A stretch of DNA of 42,785 nucleotides. It comes from an uncultured Bacteroidales bacterium. GTDB taxonomy: Bacteria; Bacteroidota; Bacteroidia; Bacteroidales; TTA-H9. Position numbers and translations under genes: made by a program. Location of the stretch: NCBI GenBank assembly GCA_937981455.1, contig CALJNV010000124.1:1-42785 (forward strand), in the 5' to 3' direction. Shown here one piece after another: positions 8,635 through 18,100 of this stretch. Under the pieces are notes generated by a model. That model was not told where the DNA came from, did no database searches, and worked only from the letters and a program-made list of their open reading frames with translations. Position 1 is the first letter of the stretch. Each line of letters starts with the position of its first letter.

Positions 8635-9174
8635 TTATTCATTAGCAGGAGTTTCACTCGTTTCTCCTGCTGAACTGCCATCAGTAGAGATGTCAGGGGT
8701 ATCTTCCTGCATAGCAGCGGCGCGTTTTTTAGCAATTTCAGCTGCACGGTTTTCAGCAATTTTTCTTTCCTGATCGAGTTTGGTCTTGAGTGCATCGCGC
8801 CGAGCCTTTTCTGCATCGGTGAGCTTGGCCCGAATACGAGCCTCTTTTTCCTGGAGCCAAACATTGAACTTTTCTTCTGCCTGTTCCAGGGTGATAGCTC
8901 CTTTCTCAACTCCTTTGAGAAGATGACGTTTCAGCAACACACCTTTAAAGGAAAGCAGAGATTTAACGGTGTCGGTAGGCTGAGCCCCAACATTGAGCCA
9001 ATAAATAGCACGATCCATGTTGATTTCAATATCGGCCGGATTGGGTAGAGGATTGTAATAACCCAGTTTTTCAATGAAACGTCCATCGCGTGGTGCACGA
9101 CCATCGGCTACTACGATATGGTAAAAGGGCTGACCTTTTTTACCAAATCGCTGCAATCTCATTCTTACTGCCAT
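8635..9174 (-). CDS. rpsP: 30S ribosomal protein S16 with a long Lys/Glu/Ala-rich C-terminal extension
   Basis: The N-terminus [42 protein letters not shown] is the canonical S16 signature. The total length is 179 aa, as in the long bacteroidetal form. Confidence 0.95.
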   Translation of the reverse strand: MAVRMRLQRFGKKGQPFYHIVVADGRAPRDGRFIEKLGYYNPLPNPADIEINMDRAIYWLNVGAQPTDTVKSLLSFKGVLLKRHLLKGVEKGAITLEQAEEKFNVWLQEKEARIRAKLTDAEKARRDALKTKLDQERKIAENRAAEIAKKRAAAMQEDTPDISTDGSSAGETSETPANE

Positions 9175-9286
9175 AAAGCTTTGATTTAGTGTTATTAATA
9201 ATTAAATTCTATTTACGAAAAATAGGACTGCAAAGATGCAACAATTTTGCAAAAGATAAAAATTTTAGTTCGGTAAACATAAAAAC

Positions 9287-10096
9287 TTAGTCATCAGTTA
9301 CCGGATGCATTCCAGGCCCCTTAACAATTCCACGGGAAGCAGCCTCGCGGATAAAACGCAATACATGTTCACGTTCAGCGCAGTAGGGTATAGTATCTTC
9401 GATTATTTTAACGGCTTTGCTTACAATATGTCCTTGAAGATAAAGTATACGGTATATCTGTTGGATGATAGAGATCTGCTCGGCAGAAAATCCTCTGCGT
9501 CGCAAACCAATGGAATTGACCCCTGCATACGAAAGAGGTTCGCGAGCTGCTTTGATGTAAGGAGGAACGTCTTTGCGCACCAACGACCCCCCAGATATCA
9601 TGGAGTGGGCACCAATTTTAGAAAATTGATGTACAGCCGACATGCCTCCAACAATGGCCCAATCATCAATTTCAATATGACCTGCTAGATTCACCGCATT
9701 GGCCAAAATCACATGATTGCCAATAACACAATCGTGGGCCACATGCACGTAAGCCATCAATAAGCAATTATTTCCAATGGTAGTTTCACCCCTGGCCTTA
9801 GTCCCCCGGTTGAGGGTGACAAATTCCCGAAGTGTGGTATTATCGCCCACAACTACGGTGGTTTTTTCCCCTGCAAATTTTAAATCTTGAGGGATGGCAC
9901 TTATGACAGCACCAGGAAAAATACGACAATTTTTTCCAATACGGGCACCGTCCATAATCGTTACGTTGCTTGCTATCCAGGTTCCGTCGCCAATTTCAAC
10001 ATCGCCATGGATATGAGTAAAGGGGCCTATTTCAACATTGGTGCCAATACGCGCTTGGGGATGAATATAACTGAGCTTATGAATCATGCTCGCCAT
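9287..10096 (-). CDS. lpxA: Acyl-ACP--UDP-N-acetylglucosamine O-acyltransferase
   Basis: 269 aa with left-handed beta-helix hexapeptide repeats (IHPQARIG, VEIGPFTHIHGDVEIGDGTWI...). The C-terminal helical domain is typical of LpxA. It sits immediately downstream of lpxC/fabZ. A second in-frame ATG at 10087 is an alternative start. Confidence 0.9.
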   Translation of the reverse strand: MASMIHKLSYIHPQARIGTNVEIGPFTHIHGDVEIGDGTWIASNVTIMDGARIGKNCRIFPGAVISAIPQDLKFAGEKTTVVVGDNTTLREFVTLNRGTKARGETTIGNNCLLMAYVHVAHDCVIGNHVILANAVNLAGHIEIDDWAIVGGMSAVHQFSKIGAHSMISGGSLVRKDVPPYIKAAREPLSYAGVNSIGLRRRGFSAEQISIIQQIYRILYLQGHIVSKAVKIIEDTIPYCAEREHVLRFIREAASRGIVKGPGMHPVTDD

Positions 10097-10099
10097 GGA

Positions 10100-11500
10100 T
10101 TATACATTGGGTTTACGTGCAATTTGTGCTAGCATCTCGGCTTCCATGACTATTTTATTGCCAACCCAGGCTTTTCCACGCATTTGGCAAAGTCCGCGGC
10201 GAATGGGAGAGACCAATTCGAGGGAAAAAATAATAGTGTCTCCCGGTACAACCTTATTTCTGAACTTCACCTCGTTGATTTTCATAAAATAGGTGAGGTA
10301 ATTCTCAGGGTCGGAGACAGTAGACATAACCAGCACTCCTCCAGTTTGCGCCATAGCTTCGATCTGCAGGACACCTGGCATTACAGGCTCATCAGGAAAA
10401 TGTCCCACGAAAAACGCTTCATTCATGGTAACATTTTTAAGCCCCACAATATGCTTGTCGCTCATCTCTAATATTTTATCAATTAAAAGAAAGGGAGGCC
10501 GATGAGGAAGCAAGCGACGAATAGCCATAATGTCGAACAAAGGAGGGGTATTGGGGTCATAGACAGGAGGGAGCTCCTCTTTTTGTGTTTTGAGCAGAGC
10601 CTGTCGGATTTTGCGTGCAAATTCTACATTGGCTACATGCCCCGGTCGGGCAGCTATAACATGAGCCTTAAGGCGAGCACCTACAAGAGCTAAATCACCT
10701 AAAAGATCAACAAGTTTGTGGCGAGCAGGTTCATTGTAATACCTAAGTTCCAAATTATTAAGAATACCTTCTTCTCGCACTTCTATGTCATGCTTATTGA
10801 AAAATAAAGCAAGTCTTTTCTGTTGTTCTGGGCTGAGGAGATGATCTACAAAAACTATCGCATTGGTAACATCACCACCTTTTATAAGGTCATGATCAAT
10901 TAACTGTTCCAGTTCGTGAAGAAAAACAAAGGTACGGGCAGGGGCAAATTCTTTAGCAAATTCATTAAAATCTTCTAGGGCTGTATATTGTGTATCAAGT
11001 ACCTTAGAATTAAACTGGATCATTACTGAGTAACGGGGTTTGGCCGCCGGAACAGCTAATATTTCAGTTTTTCGACCTTCATCCACATGGCTGATGTTGG
11101 TTTTAAGTTCAAAATAAACTCTTTCGGCTTCCTGTTCCACCACACCGGCCTCTTGGATGAGGGCTACCCAAGGTGCAGCACTCCCATCAATAATAGGCAC
11201 TTCAGGACCATCCAGATCAATTAACGCATTGTCGACACCCATGCCATAGAGGGCTGCAAGCAAATGCTCGGTGGTACTGATGCTTACGCCATCCTTAAAC
11301 AGACGGGTTCCCCGCTCTGTATCTTTCACATATTCAACCAAGGCCTCCACGATGGGTGCCCCTTCGAGGTCGATTCTGCGAAATTTATACCCATGATGCG
11401 CAGGAGCAGGACATAACGTAAGGGTTACCTCTTGACCGGTATGTAACCCCGTTCCTCTCAAACTTGCGTATTTACCTAGTGTTTTCTGTAAATCTTTCAT
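10100..11500 (-). CDS. lpxC/fabZ: Bifunctional UDP-3-O-acyl-GlcNAc deacetylase / 3-hydroxyacyl-ACP dehydratase (LpxC-FabZ fusion)
   Basis: The N-terminal LpxC-like region contains QKTL...SLRGTGLHTGQEVTLTLCPAP and STTEHLLAAL. The C-terminal FabZ hot-dog region contains FFVGHFPDEPVMPGVLQIEAMAQ. The track start at 11509 is a TTG, so I use the ATG at 11500 (MKDLQKTL). Confidence 0.92.
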   Translation of the reverse strand: MKDLQKTLGKYASLRGTGLHTGQEVTLTLCPAPAHHGYKFRRIDLEGAPIVEALVEYVKDTERGTRLFKDGVSISTTEHLLAALYGMGVDNALIDLDGPEVPIIDGSAAPWVALIQEAGVVEQEAERVYFELKTNISHVDEGRKTEILAVPAAKPRYSVMIQFNSKVLDTQYTALEDFNEFAKEFAPARTFVFLHELEQLIDHDLIKGGDVTNAIVFVDHLLSPEQQKRLALFFNKHDIEVREEGILNNLELRYYNEPARHKLVDLLGDLALVGARLKAHVIAARPGHVANVEFARKIRQALLKTQKEELPPVYDPNTPPLFDIMAIRRLLPHRPPFLLIDKILEMSDKHIVGLKNVTMNEAFFVGHFPDEPVMPGVLQIEAMAQTGGVLVMSTVSDPENYLTYFMKINEVKFRNKVVPGDTIIFSLELVSPIRRGLCQMRGKAWVGNKIVMEAEMLAQIARKPNV

Positions 11501-11544
11501 TTTACACAAGAAAATATTATTTAGGGATCAAGTAAAACGAGCGG

Positions 11545-11552
11545 CAAAAGTA
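11545..11552 (-). promoter_or_regulatory. Bacteroidota-type -7 promoter box (TACTTTTG) upstream of lpxC/fabZ
   Basis: Perfect match to the TAnnTTTG consensus on the minus strand, 45 nt upstream of the ATG at 11500, in the lpxD-lpxC/fabZ intergenic region. Confidence 0.4.
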
Positions 11553-11668
11553 AAAATTATTGCAAACTTGAAGTTTTATCAAATTTTTCGAGAATTTCCA
11601 TAAAAATTATCGCCTGCCCATTATCCGACAAGTATCTCTATAGTGCTAAAATGTTGATTAAATGAATC

Positions 11669-12724
11669 TTATTGATTCCTGCTGAGGCCATTATGATTCT
11701 CCAACTCTTTTACCCTGGCCTCCAGCTGGTTGATACGGGTATAAAGTTCATGCAACTTTTTAAAATGCACATAAGATCGCTGATATTGCTTATATTCAAA
11801 AGCAGGACTGCCTTGCACAATAGCCCCAATTTCTTTAATGCTTGCTCCAATCCCTGATTGGGCTGCAATTTTCACCTCATCGGCAATGGTTATGTGCCCC
11901 ACTACTCCAACCTGCCCACCAATCATGCAATTGCGCCCTATCCGTGTTGAACCACTGATACCTGTTTGTGCAGCAATAACTGTGTTTTCCCCTATTTCTA
12001 CATTATGCGCTATTTGAATTAAATTATCGAGTTTAACACCCTTGCGAATAATTGTACTTCCGAGCGTCGCCCTATCGATGGTCGTATTGGCTCCGATTTC
12101 AACATTATCTTCTATGACTACATTACCGATTTGTGCCACTTTACGATAATCGGCTCCTTGAGGGGCAAATCCAAATCCATCGGCCCCAACAACAACCCCT
12201 GAATGCAATGTACAACAACGGCCAATTTGAGATAAGTTGTAAATACGAACTCCTGCATAAAGTATCGTTTCATTACCAATGACGCAATCGTCGCCAATAT
12301 ATACCCCGGGGTATATTTTTGCCTTATCCCCAATTTTGACATTTTCACCGATATAGACAAATTCTCCAACGTAAACATCCTTTCCCAAAACAGCAGAAGA
12401 GGAAACAAATGCCAGGGGAGAAATGCCCGTTTTAGCTTCCTGTAATTGCTGGTATTTTTCGAGCAATGTAGCAAAAGCCACGTAAGGATTTTCAACCCTC
12501 AACAAGGTCAAAGACAACTTTTCTTCTGGTATAAAATCGTTAGCCACAATGACGGCAGAAGCCTGGGTGGAGTAAATGTATTGAGTATATAACGGATTAG
12601 CAAGGAAGCTTAACGTGCCCGGCCGTCCATCATCGATTTTAGAAAAGCCTTCGATTTCCAGGTTGGGATTCCCCTCGATACGGGCATGTATGATTTGAGC
12701 TATATCGTGTACGGTAAATTTCAT
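11669..12724 (-). CDS. lpxD: UDP-3-O-(3-hydroxyacyl)glucosamine N-acyltransferase
   Basis: 351 aa. It has an N-terminal LpxD-type domain (MKFTVHDIAQII...), extensive hexapeptide repeats, and a C-terminal coiled helix. It sits in the lpxD-lpxC/fabZ-lpxA cluster. Confidence 0.92.
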   Translation of the reverse strand: MKFTVHDIAQIIHARIEGNPNLEIEGFSKIDDGRPGTLSFLANPLYTQYIYSTQASAVIVANDFIPEEKLSLTLLRVENPYVAFATLLEKYQQLQEAKTGISPLAFVSSSAVLGKDVYVGEFVYIGENVKIGDKAKIYPGVYIGDDCVIGNETILYAGVRIYNLSQIGRCCTLHSGVVVGADGFGFAPQGADYRKVAQIGNVVIEDNVEIGANTTIDRATLGSTIIRKGVKLDNLIQIAHNVEIGENTVIAAQTGISGSTRIGRNCMIGGQVGVVGHITIADEVKIAAQSGIGASIKEIGAIVQGSPAFEYKQYQRSYVHFKKLHELYTRINQLEARVKELENHNGLSRNQ

Positions 12725-12743
12725 GATCTCCGGTTCATGCAGG

Positions 12744-12751
12744 CAAAGATA
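12744..12751 (-). promoter_or_regulatory. Bacteroidota-type -7 promoter box (TATCTTTG) upstream of lpxD
   Basis: Perfect TAnnTTTG on the minus strand, 20 nt upstream of the lpxD ATG, between the pbpC stop (12770) and the lpxD start. Confidence 0.45.
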
Positions 12752-12769
12752 GATAATTCCAATAAAGCC

Positions 12770-15166
12770 TTATGGATATTTTTTACTATTTCCCATCACG
12801 ATGAACTGACATTCAAGGGTATTTCCTTGATCGTCGAGTAATAATAGGGTATGAGGGCCCAAGTTAGGTTTTAGCGCCATTTTATGAATATGAGTGCTCA
12901 TTCCAATATATACCCCATCGATGTGCCAATAGACAATTGCTCCCGGCTCCCGATGAGCGACTTCAGCAATCAATTCTCCTTTTCGGCCATCGGCAAGACG
13001 AGGCAAATACACGGCTGCATTGGGTGAAGGATAAATGATTTGCATGGGGGCAACAGGATGGGATACACCACACCCTGGTAAGGCTGGAGGCATAGGTCGA
13101 TATTGAGGATGATTGCGCCGGTAGTAGTATTCCATGGCAGGAGGTAGCACAAACCATGGCTCATGCCGTATACGATCTGCAGGAACACAATCGCTGTTGA
13201 CTTGAAAACGTCTTTCAGCATCCAAATGAATAAGATGATGATAAGGGCAAATGATGCTATAAACTCCAGCAGTAGGTACCCACATAGATAATGTATCAGG
13301 ACATAAATCTGAAGCTCTGTACCCACTTTGGCGACAAACAATAATGCGAGACATAGCATCGTAAGGGGCCTTAAACCAAGAAGTAGAGGGAATCAAAGAA
13401 AATACATCAAACATGATGGGCGCAGCGGCCTGCAGACCGACAATGCCCGGCCGACCTTCTCCTGTAGCATTACCCACCCATACGCCCACCAGAAAGCGGG
13501 CATTCATCCCAAGGGCCCAGGCATCTCTAAAGCCAAAACTGGTTCCGGTTTTCCAAGCAATTTTTTCTCGTAGATTGAGTTGCTTCCATATGGCCTCTTC
13601 CCCTGGCCGCTGAACCTCTTCCATGGCGTTGAGCATGTACCAAACAGCCCCAGCATCGGGCATAAAATTAGAAAGTCTTTGCCTCCCATGTTTGTTAATT
13701 TTTTTTGAAAGATTTAAATAAATGGGAGGATGAAAATCAGTTGTATCGTACTGGGCATCATAAAGGGAAAAGTGATTCAACATTCGGGTGAGACTGGCAT
13801 AGGCTCCAGCCAATTCCCACATACTTACCTCGAATCCACCCAAAATAAGTGCCAGCCCATAGTAGGAAGCCGGTTTGTCTAACCCCGAAAAACCTAAACC
13901 TTTGAGATAATGGTAAAATTTTTCCACTCCATACATCTGCAAAAGATTAACAGCCGGCACATTCAAAGAGCGAGCAATGGCTTGTGAGGCAGGCACAGCC
14001 CCATCGAAGGTTTTATTAAAATTTTGTGGGGCAAAGCCACCCCATTGCATAGGAATATCGGGTAAAAGGGTTTGAGGAAGAATTTTCCCTTCAGACAGCA
14101 AGGCCGCATAGAGTAAGGGTTTTAAAGTACTTCCAGGGCTTCGCCGTGCATTAATCATATCCACATAAGTATTTCTGGCCATATTGTCAGCAGCTGGAAG
14201 GTTTCCTACATAGGCCAACACCTCTCCTGTCTCAATATCCATTACAAGAATCGCAGCATTATGAATCTCATTGGATTTCAGAAATACGGCATCTTTTTCG
14301 AGAACAGCTAAACAAGCCTTCTGAAGGGAGGCATCAAGGGTTGTATGGTATTTTCCTGGGGGGTGGCTTAGGCGAATACGGTCGACCAAATGTGGTGCCA
14401 GGGAAGGCATAGGCAGGGGGCTCTCTGGTATAGGTTCTATCATAGATAGCTTTAACTCCCTGGCGTCCATCCAACCCAATTTTACCAGTCGTTTAAGCAA
14501 ATCATCTCGTTTCTTCAATAAAGAAGCCCTGTTGCGTCCCGGATGTATGAGGCCTGGGTTATTAGGTAAAACAGCAAGCATTGCGGCTTCTGCCCAGGTA
14601 ATATCAGAAGGAGGACGTCCCAGATACCGCCAACAGGCTGCCTCCAAACCTACAACATTTCCCCCAAAAGGCGCATGAGATGAATAGATTTGAAGCAGTT
14701 CATCTTTTGAATACTTACATTCCAAGTATAGTGCAATGAGAATTTCCCTGATTTTTTCTAATATGGTACGTTCGTGATTGCGACTCAGCCGAATAATCTG
14801 CATGGTAATCGTACTCCCCCCACTCACTACCCGTCGTTTAAGCAAATTTTGCCTCAGGGCCCTTAAGAGCGCCAGAGGATCTACGCCAGGATGATAGAAA
14901 AAACGTTTATCTTCGAACGCCAAGAGCGCTTTTTTAAACTTATCGGGTAGAGTATCCGTGGGTGAAAACCTCCACTGCCCATCAGCGGCAACAGTGGCCC
15001 CCAACAATTTTCCGTTCTTATCATAAACCACATAACTCAGTGGATCTTTAAATAATGGAGAAGGTAAATAACCGTAAACAATAAATGCATAGATCCCTAA
15101 ACAAACCAGTAAACCCGTTACTGGTTTACGGTGCCAACGATATAACCACACGAACCTCTCCAACAT
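12770..15166 (-). CDS. pbpC: Penicillin-binding protein 1C (bifunctional glycosyltransferase/transpeptidase)
   Basis: GT51 motifs are present (EDKRFFYHPGVD, GGSTITMQ). Transpeptidase motifs are present (SPGSTLKP = SxxK, SLN, KTGTS). There is a PbpC-type C-terminal domain. The track start at 15181 is a TTG, so I use the ATG at 15166 (MLERFVWLYRW...), which precedes the membrane anchor. Confidence 0.9.
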   Translation of the reverse strand: MLERFVWLYRWHRKPVTGLLVCLGIYAFIVYGYLPSPLFKDPLSYVVYDKNGKLLGATVAADGQWRFSPTDTLPDKFKKALLAFEDKRFFYHPGVDPLALLRALRQNLLKRRVVSGGSTITMQIIRLSRNHERTILEKIREILIALYLECKYSKDELLQIYSSHAPFGGNVVGLEAACWRYLGRPPSDITWAEAAMLAVLPNNPGLIHPGRNRASLLKKRDDLLKRLVKLGWMDARELKLSMIEPIPESPLPMPSLAPHLVDRIRLSHPPGKYHTTLDASLQKACLAVLEKDAVFLKSNEIHNAAILVMDIETGEVLAYVGNLPAADNMARNTYVDMINARRSPGSTLKPLLYAALLSEGKILPQTLLPDIPMQWGGFAPQNFNKTFDGAVPASQAIARSLNVPAVNLLQMYGVEKFYHYLKGLGFSGLDKPASYYGLALILGGFEVSMWELAGAYASLTRMLNHFSLYDAQYDTTDFHPPIYLNLSKKINKHGRQRLSNFMPDAGAVWYMLNAMEEVQRPGEEAIWKQLNLREKIAWKTGTSFGFRDAWALGMNARFLVGVWVGNATGEGRPGIVGLQAAAPIMFDVFSLIPSTSWFKAPYDAMSRIIVCRQSGYRASDLCPDTLSMWVPTAGVYSIICPYHHLIHLDAERRFQVNSDCVPADRIRHEPWFVLPPAMEYYYRRNHPQYRPMPPALPGCGVSHPVAPMQIIYPSPNAAVYLPRLADGRKGELIAEVAHREPGAIVYWHIDGVYIGMSTHIHKMALKPNLGPHTLLLLDDQGNTLECQFIVMGNSKKYP

Positions 15167-15196
15167 TTTTTGGGGCTTCAATGATAACCATCTTTC

Positions 15197-18100
15197 TTAA
15201 TAGCCAACTACCTCGGTGTAAAAACCTGGAACTAAAGCCCGAACAGACGGATTGTACATATCCTCAGCCAAAATAGCCGGCATGAAAAATCGGCCATTGT
15301 ACGAAGCATTAAGCTTAAAAGTAAAGACCTTTGATTCATCTTTGCCCAGATAGAAATAAGTATAAACACGGTCATCGCGGATATCCTGCCAGCTAAAATT
15401 TTGCTCTTCGCCATTGTCGTAATTTTGCATGAAGCGAGTATTTAGGATTTGCCAGCCTGACGCTAAAATCAAATTAAGGGCTCCATATTTTAGGGGTTTT
15501 CCTGAATGATTGGAAACCTTTACCTGGACTAAAAAATCACTACTCTGTTTGATATGTTTGGGATCCAGAGGTTTTTTATCACTCGTCAGGTAAAACACCT
15601 CTAGAGAAAGACCTTGACTGCGAGCGTTCATTTCTTCTCCAGGCATTGGGCGGTAGGTACGAGATAAACTCACATACAAAGGTCCATTGGACTTATTGTT
15701 CAGCCAGAATTTTCCTCCTCCACCCTTAAAAGAGTAGTACCAAACAGGAGAGTCAGGCTTTATAATCAAATTTTTCTTTTCGAAACCGAAAACAAACTCA
15801 GGCTTATAATGGGTTTTTTCTTGAGTGATATAGGCCTGCAGGGCAAGCATAGCCCATGCGATTTCGTGCGTGCTGAGATAGCCTTCGCCAGACAATTTTT
15901 TAGCAATCTCGCGGGCAAGGACAAAATTTTCTTTTTCATCGAATTTTAGCCTGGCTTTAACATAAAGTTGTAAGGCCTGGTTTCGCAAAACAGACCCAAG
16001 AGAGAGATCGTAGTCATTTAAGGGGCCGTTAGGTGCTCCACGGCGGTTCAGCAACTCTAGGGCTATCTCACTATTTCCGGTCAATGCATAGGCCTGTGCA
16101 AGCAATAGAAGGGCTTCCTGAGGCAGGGCACTCAAAGCTTGCAGCCGATTCATGGCTCCCATTTCTGGTTTGCCCGCCAGTGCTAAAGTAAATAGCCGAT
16201 AGGCCTGGACGGAAGCTGCAGAACTATTTTCTTGATGTCGCCATTGCACAGCCATTCTGCGCTGATAATTTAGCCATGCATCATAAAAAGTGGTGGGAAT
16301 TGCAAAGCCCTGTTTTTGAGCCTCAAGCATAAAATGCCCCACCCATGAAGTTACCCATTGGTCAATGGTTTGTGTACCGGGCCAAAAGGCAATTCCTCCT
16401 TCAGGCCGCTGCATTGCAGTGAGTTTTTGAATCCCAGCCCGGATGTATTGGATTCGCTTTTCTTCCTCTTGGGCATCCAACCCTACAAAACTCTTGAGTA
16501 ATAATTGAGGAAAAAGTGAAGCCACCGTTTGCTCAGAACATCCATAGGGATATTGAATCAACTCGGTAGCTCTTCTGTTAAGGTTAAAACCTGGGAAATA
16601 GGACACTTCCAACACTCTCTTTTCCTCGGAACCCATGATAGAGGGTTGAGTAAAACGAATGATTTGACCGGGTTTTACCAGATAATCCTTGACCTCGGTA
16701 ATCACAGGATTGGGATTTCGCAGGTCTATATCGCTATTCCAAACAGAAGTTTCGTTTTGCCAACGCGCAGTAAATCTTAAATTACAGATCCCACTGAGTT
16801 TTCCGGTTTTAATATTGAAGAAAACTGTTTTTTCTTTCTGCCCCGCATTAAAAACAACCTTTTGTTCATTGGATCCCATCAATTTTAGGTCGCCTTTCAA
16901 TTCCAGGCTTACTATGGGCATTTTCACAGAGGATTTAGTTCTCCATACTGTGGCTGCTACTTTCACCTCTTCACCCGGGCCTAAAACTCTGGGAATACTT
17001 CCTAAGACCATCACGGGTTTAGTAATTGTAACGTATTTTTCAGCCGATCCATAAGCCCCCTCACCGGCAGCCACAATCATTACCCTTGCCGAACCTACAT
17101 ACTCAGGGATATCGAGGGTATGTTTGCGGGTCTCCCCTTTTTTTAGCCAAAACGGGCCCTTAGCAAAAACAAAGGGTTTAAACCTTTGGGCTTGTAAGTT
17201 ACTGTGTGGAGACCGATATTCGTCACCCCCCACCATAAATATCCTATCCATACGGCTGGCAAACGAGCCCACAATCATACTATAAAGATCCCAGGTTTTT
17301 ACTACTAAAGATTCTTTTGCATTGAAAGCTTTGAAGGGATCGGGTGTGGCAAATCGTGTCAAATCGAGCAAACCTTCATCAACTATAGCTAGAGTATAAG
17401 CCATGGGTCTGCCGTTTTTTTCCGATACGGATAAAGTAGCTTTATGACCTGCACGTACCTCCGAAGCCATGTTTATCGAGGGTTCCAGTTTAGCATCAGG
17501 ATATTCTATTTCTTGGTAGGTTACTCCATAAAGGCGAAGGGGTAAGTCATTATTGTAAATTTGCCAGGGTTGCACTACTGATGCATAGATATAAACGCCC
17601 GGAGCCATATCAGGTGTGGTTGTAAACTTGAATTCAGTTATAATCCATGTACTTTGAATCCATTGATAATCAAGCACTTTACCTCCTGCCTCAATACTCA
17701 CCAATATTTGAGCTCCAGATATAGATGGAATAATGATAGACGCAGAATCACCTGCCACAACTTTCTTTTTCAAAGTTTTTAAAAAAATCATTCCTCGTGC
17801 TTCTGAAGCTTGCTCACCCCATTGATAACCTATCCTAATAATGCGACTGCTCTGATGACCTGTAAGCGAATCGGCTACTCTGAGTAAAAAACAACCATAA
17901 AGGTCCTGGATGGGTAAGGTATATCGTGCCCTTCCCTGGGTAAGCTTAATAAATGTTTTAACCTCGGGGTCATCCAGCTCGTTTTCTACAATGGCAGAGC
18001 GCGTGTTACTTTGGCTCAGCCACCAATGCCATTCGAGTCGATAAAGGCTTAGTTCGAGTGAAGATTGCTCGCGAATCGGATTTCCTTGTTTATCAACAAG

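Noticed and set aside
8535-8909. 124-aa minus-strand ORF overlapping rpsP in another frame
   Set aside because: It overlaps the unmistakable S16 gene and runs across the predicted rpsP terminator. The translation has no recognisable features.
9231-9238. CATCTTTG upstream of rpsP, and AAAGTTTG (4389-4396) upstream of the DUF5686 gene, as promoter boxes
   Set aside because: Both deviate from TAnnTTTG at a conserved position. They are plausible but too weak to list as features.
12118-13359. Alternative-frame ORFs inside lpxD and pbpC (12118..12495, 12963..13157, 12970..13359, 13328..13689 region)
   Set aside because: They are fully nested in genes with strong family motifs, and there is no independent evidence of coding.
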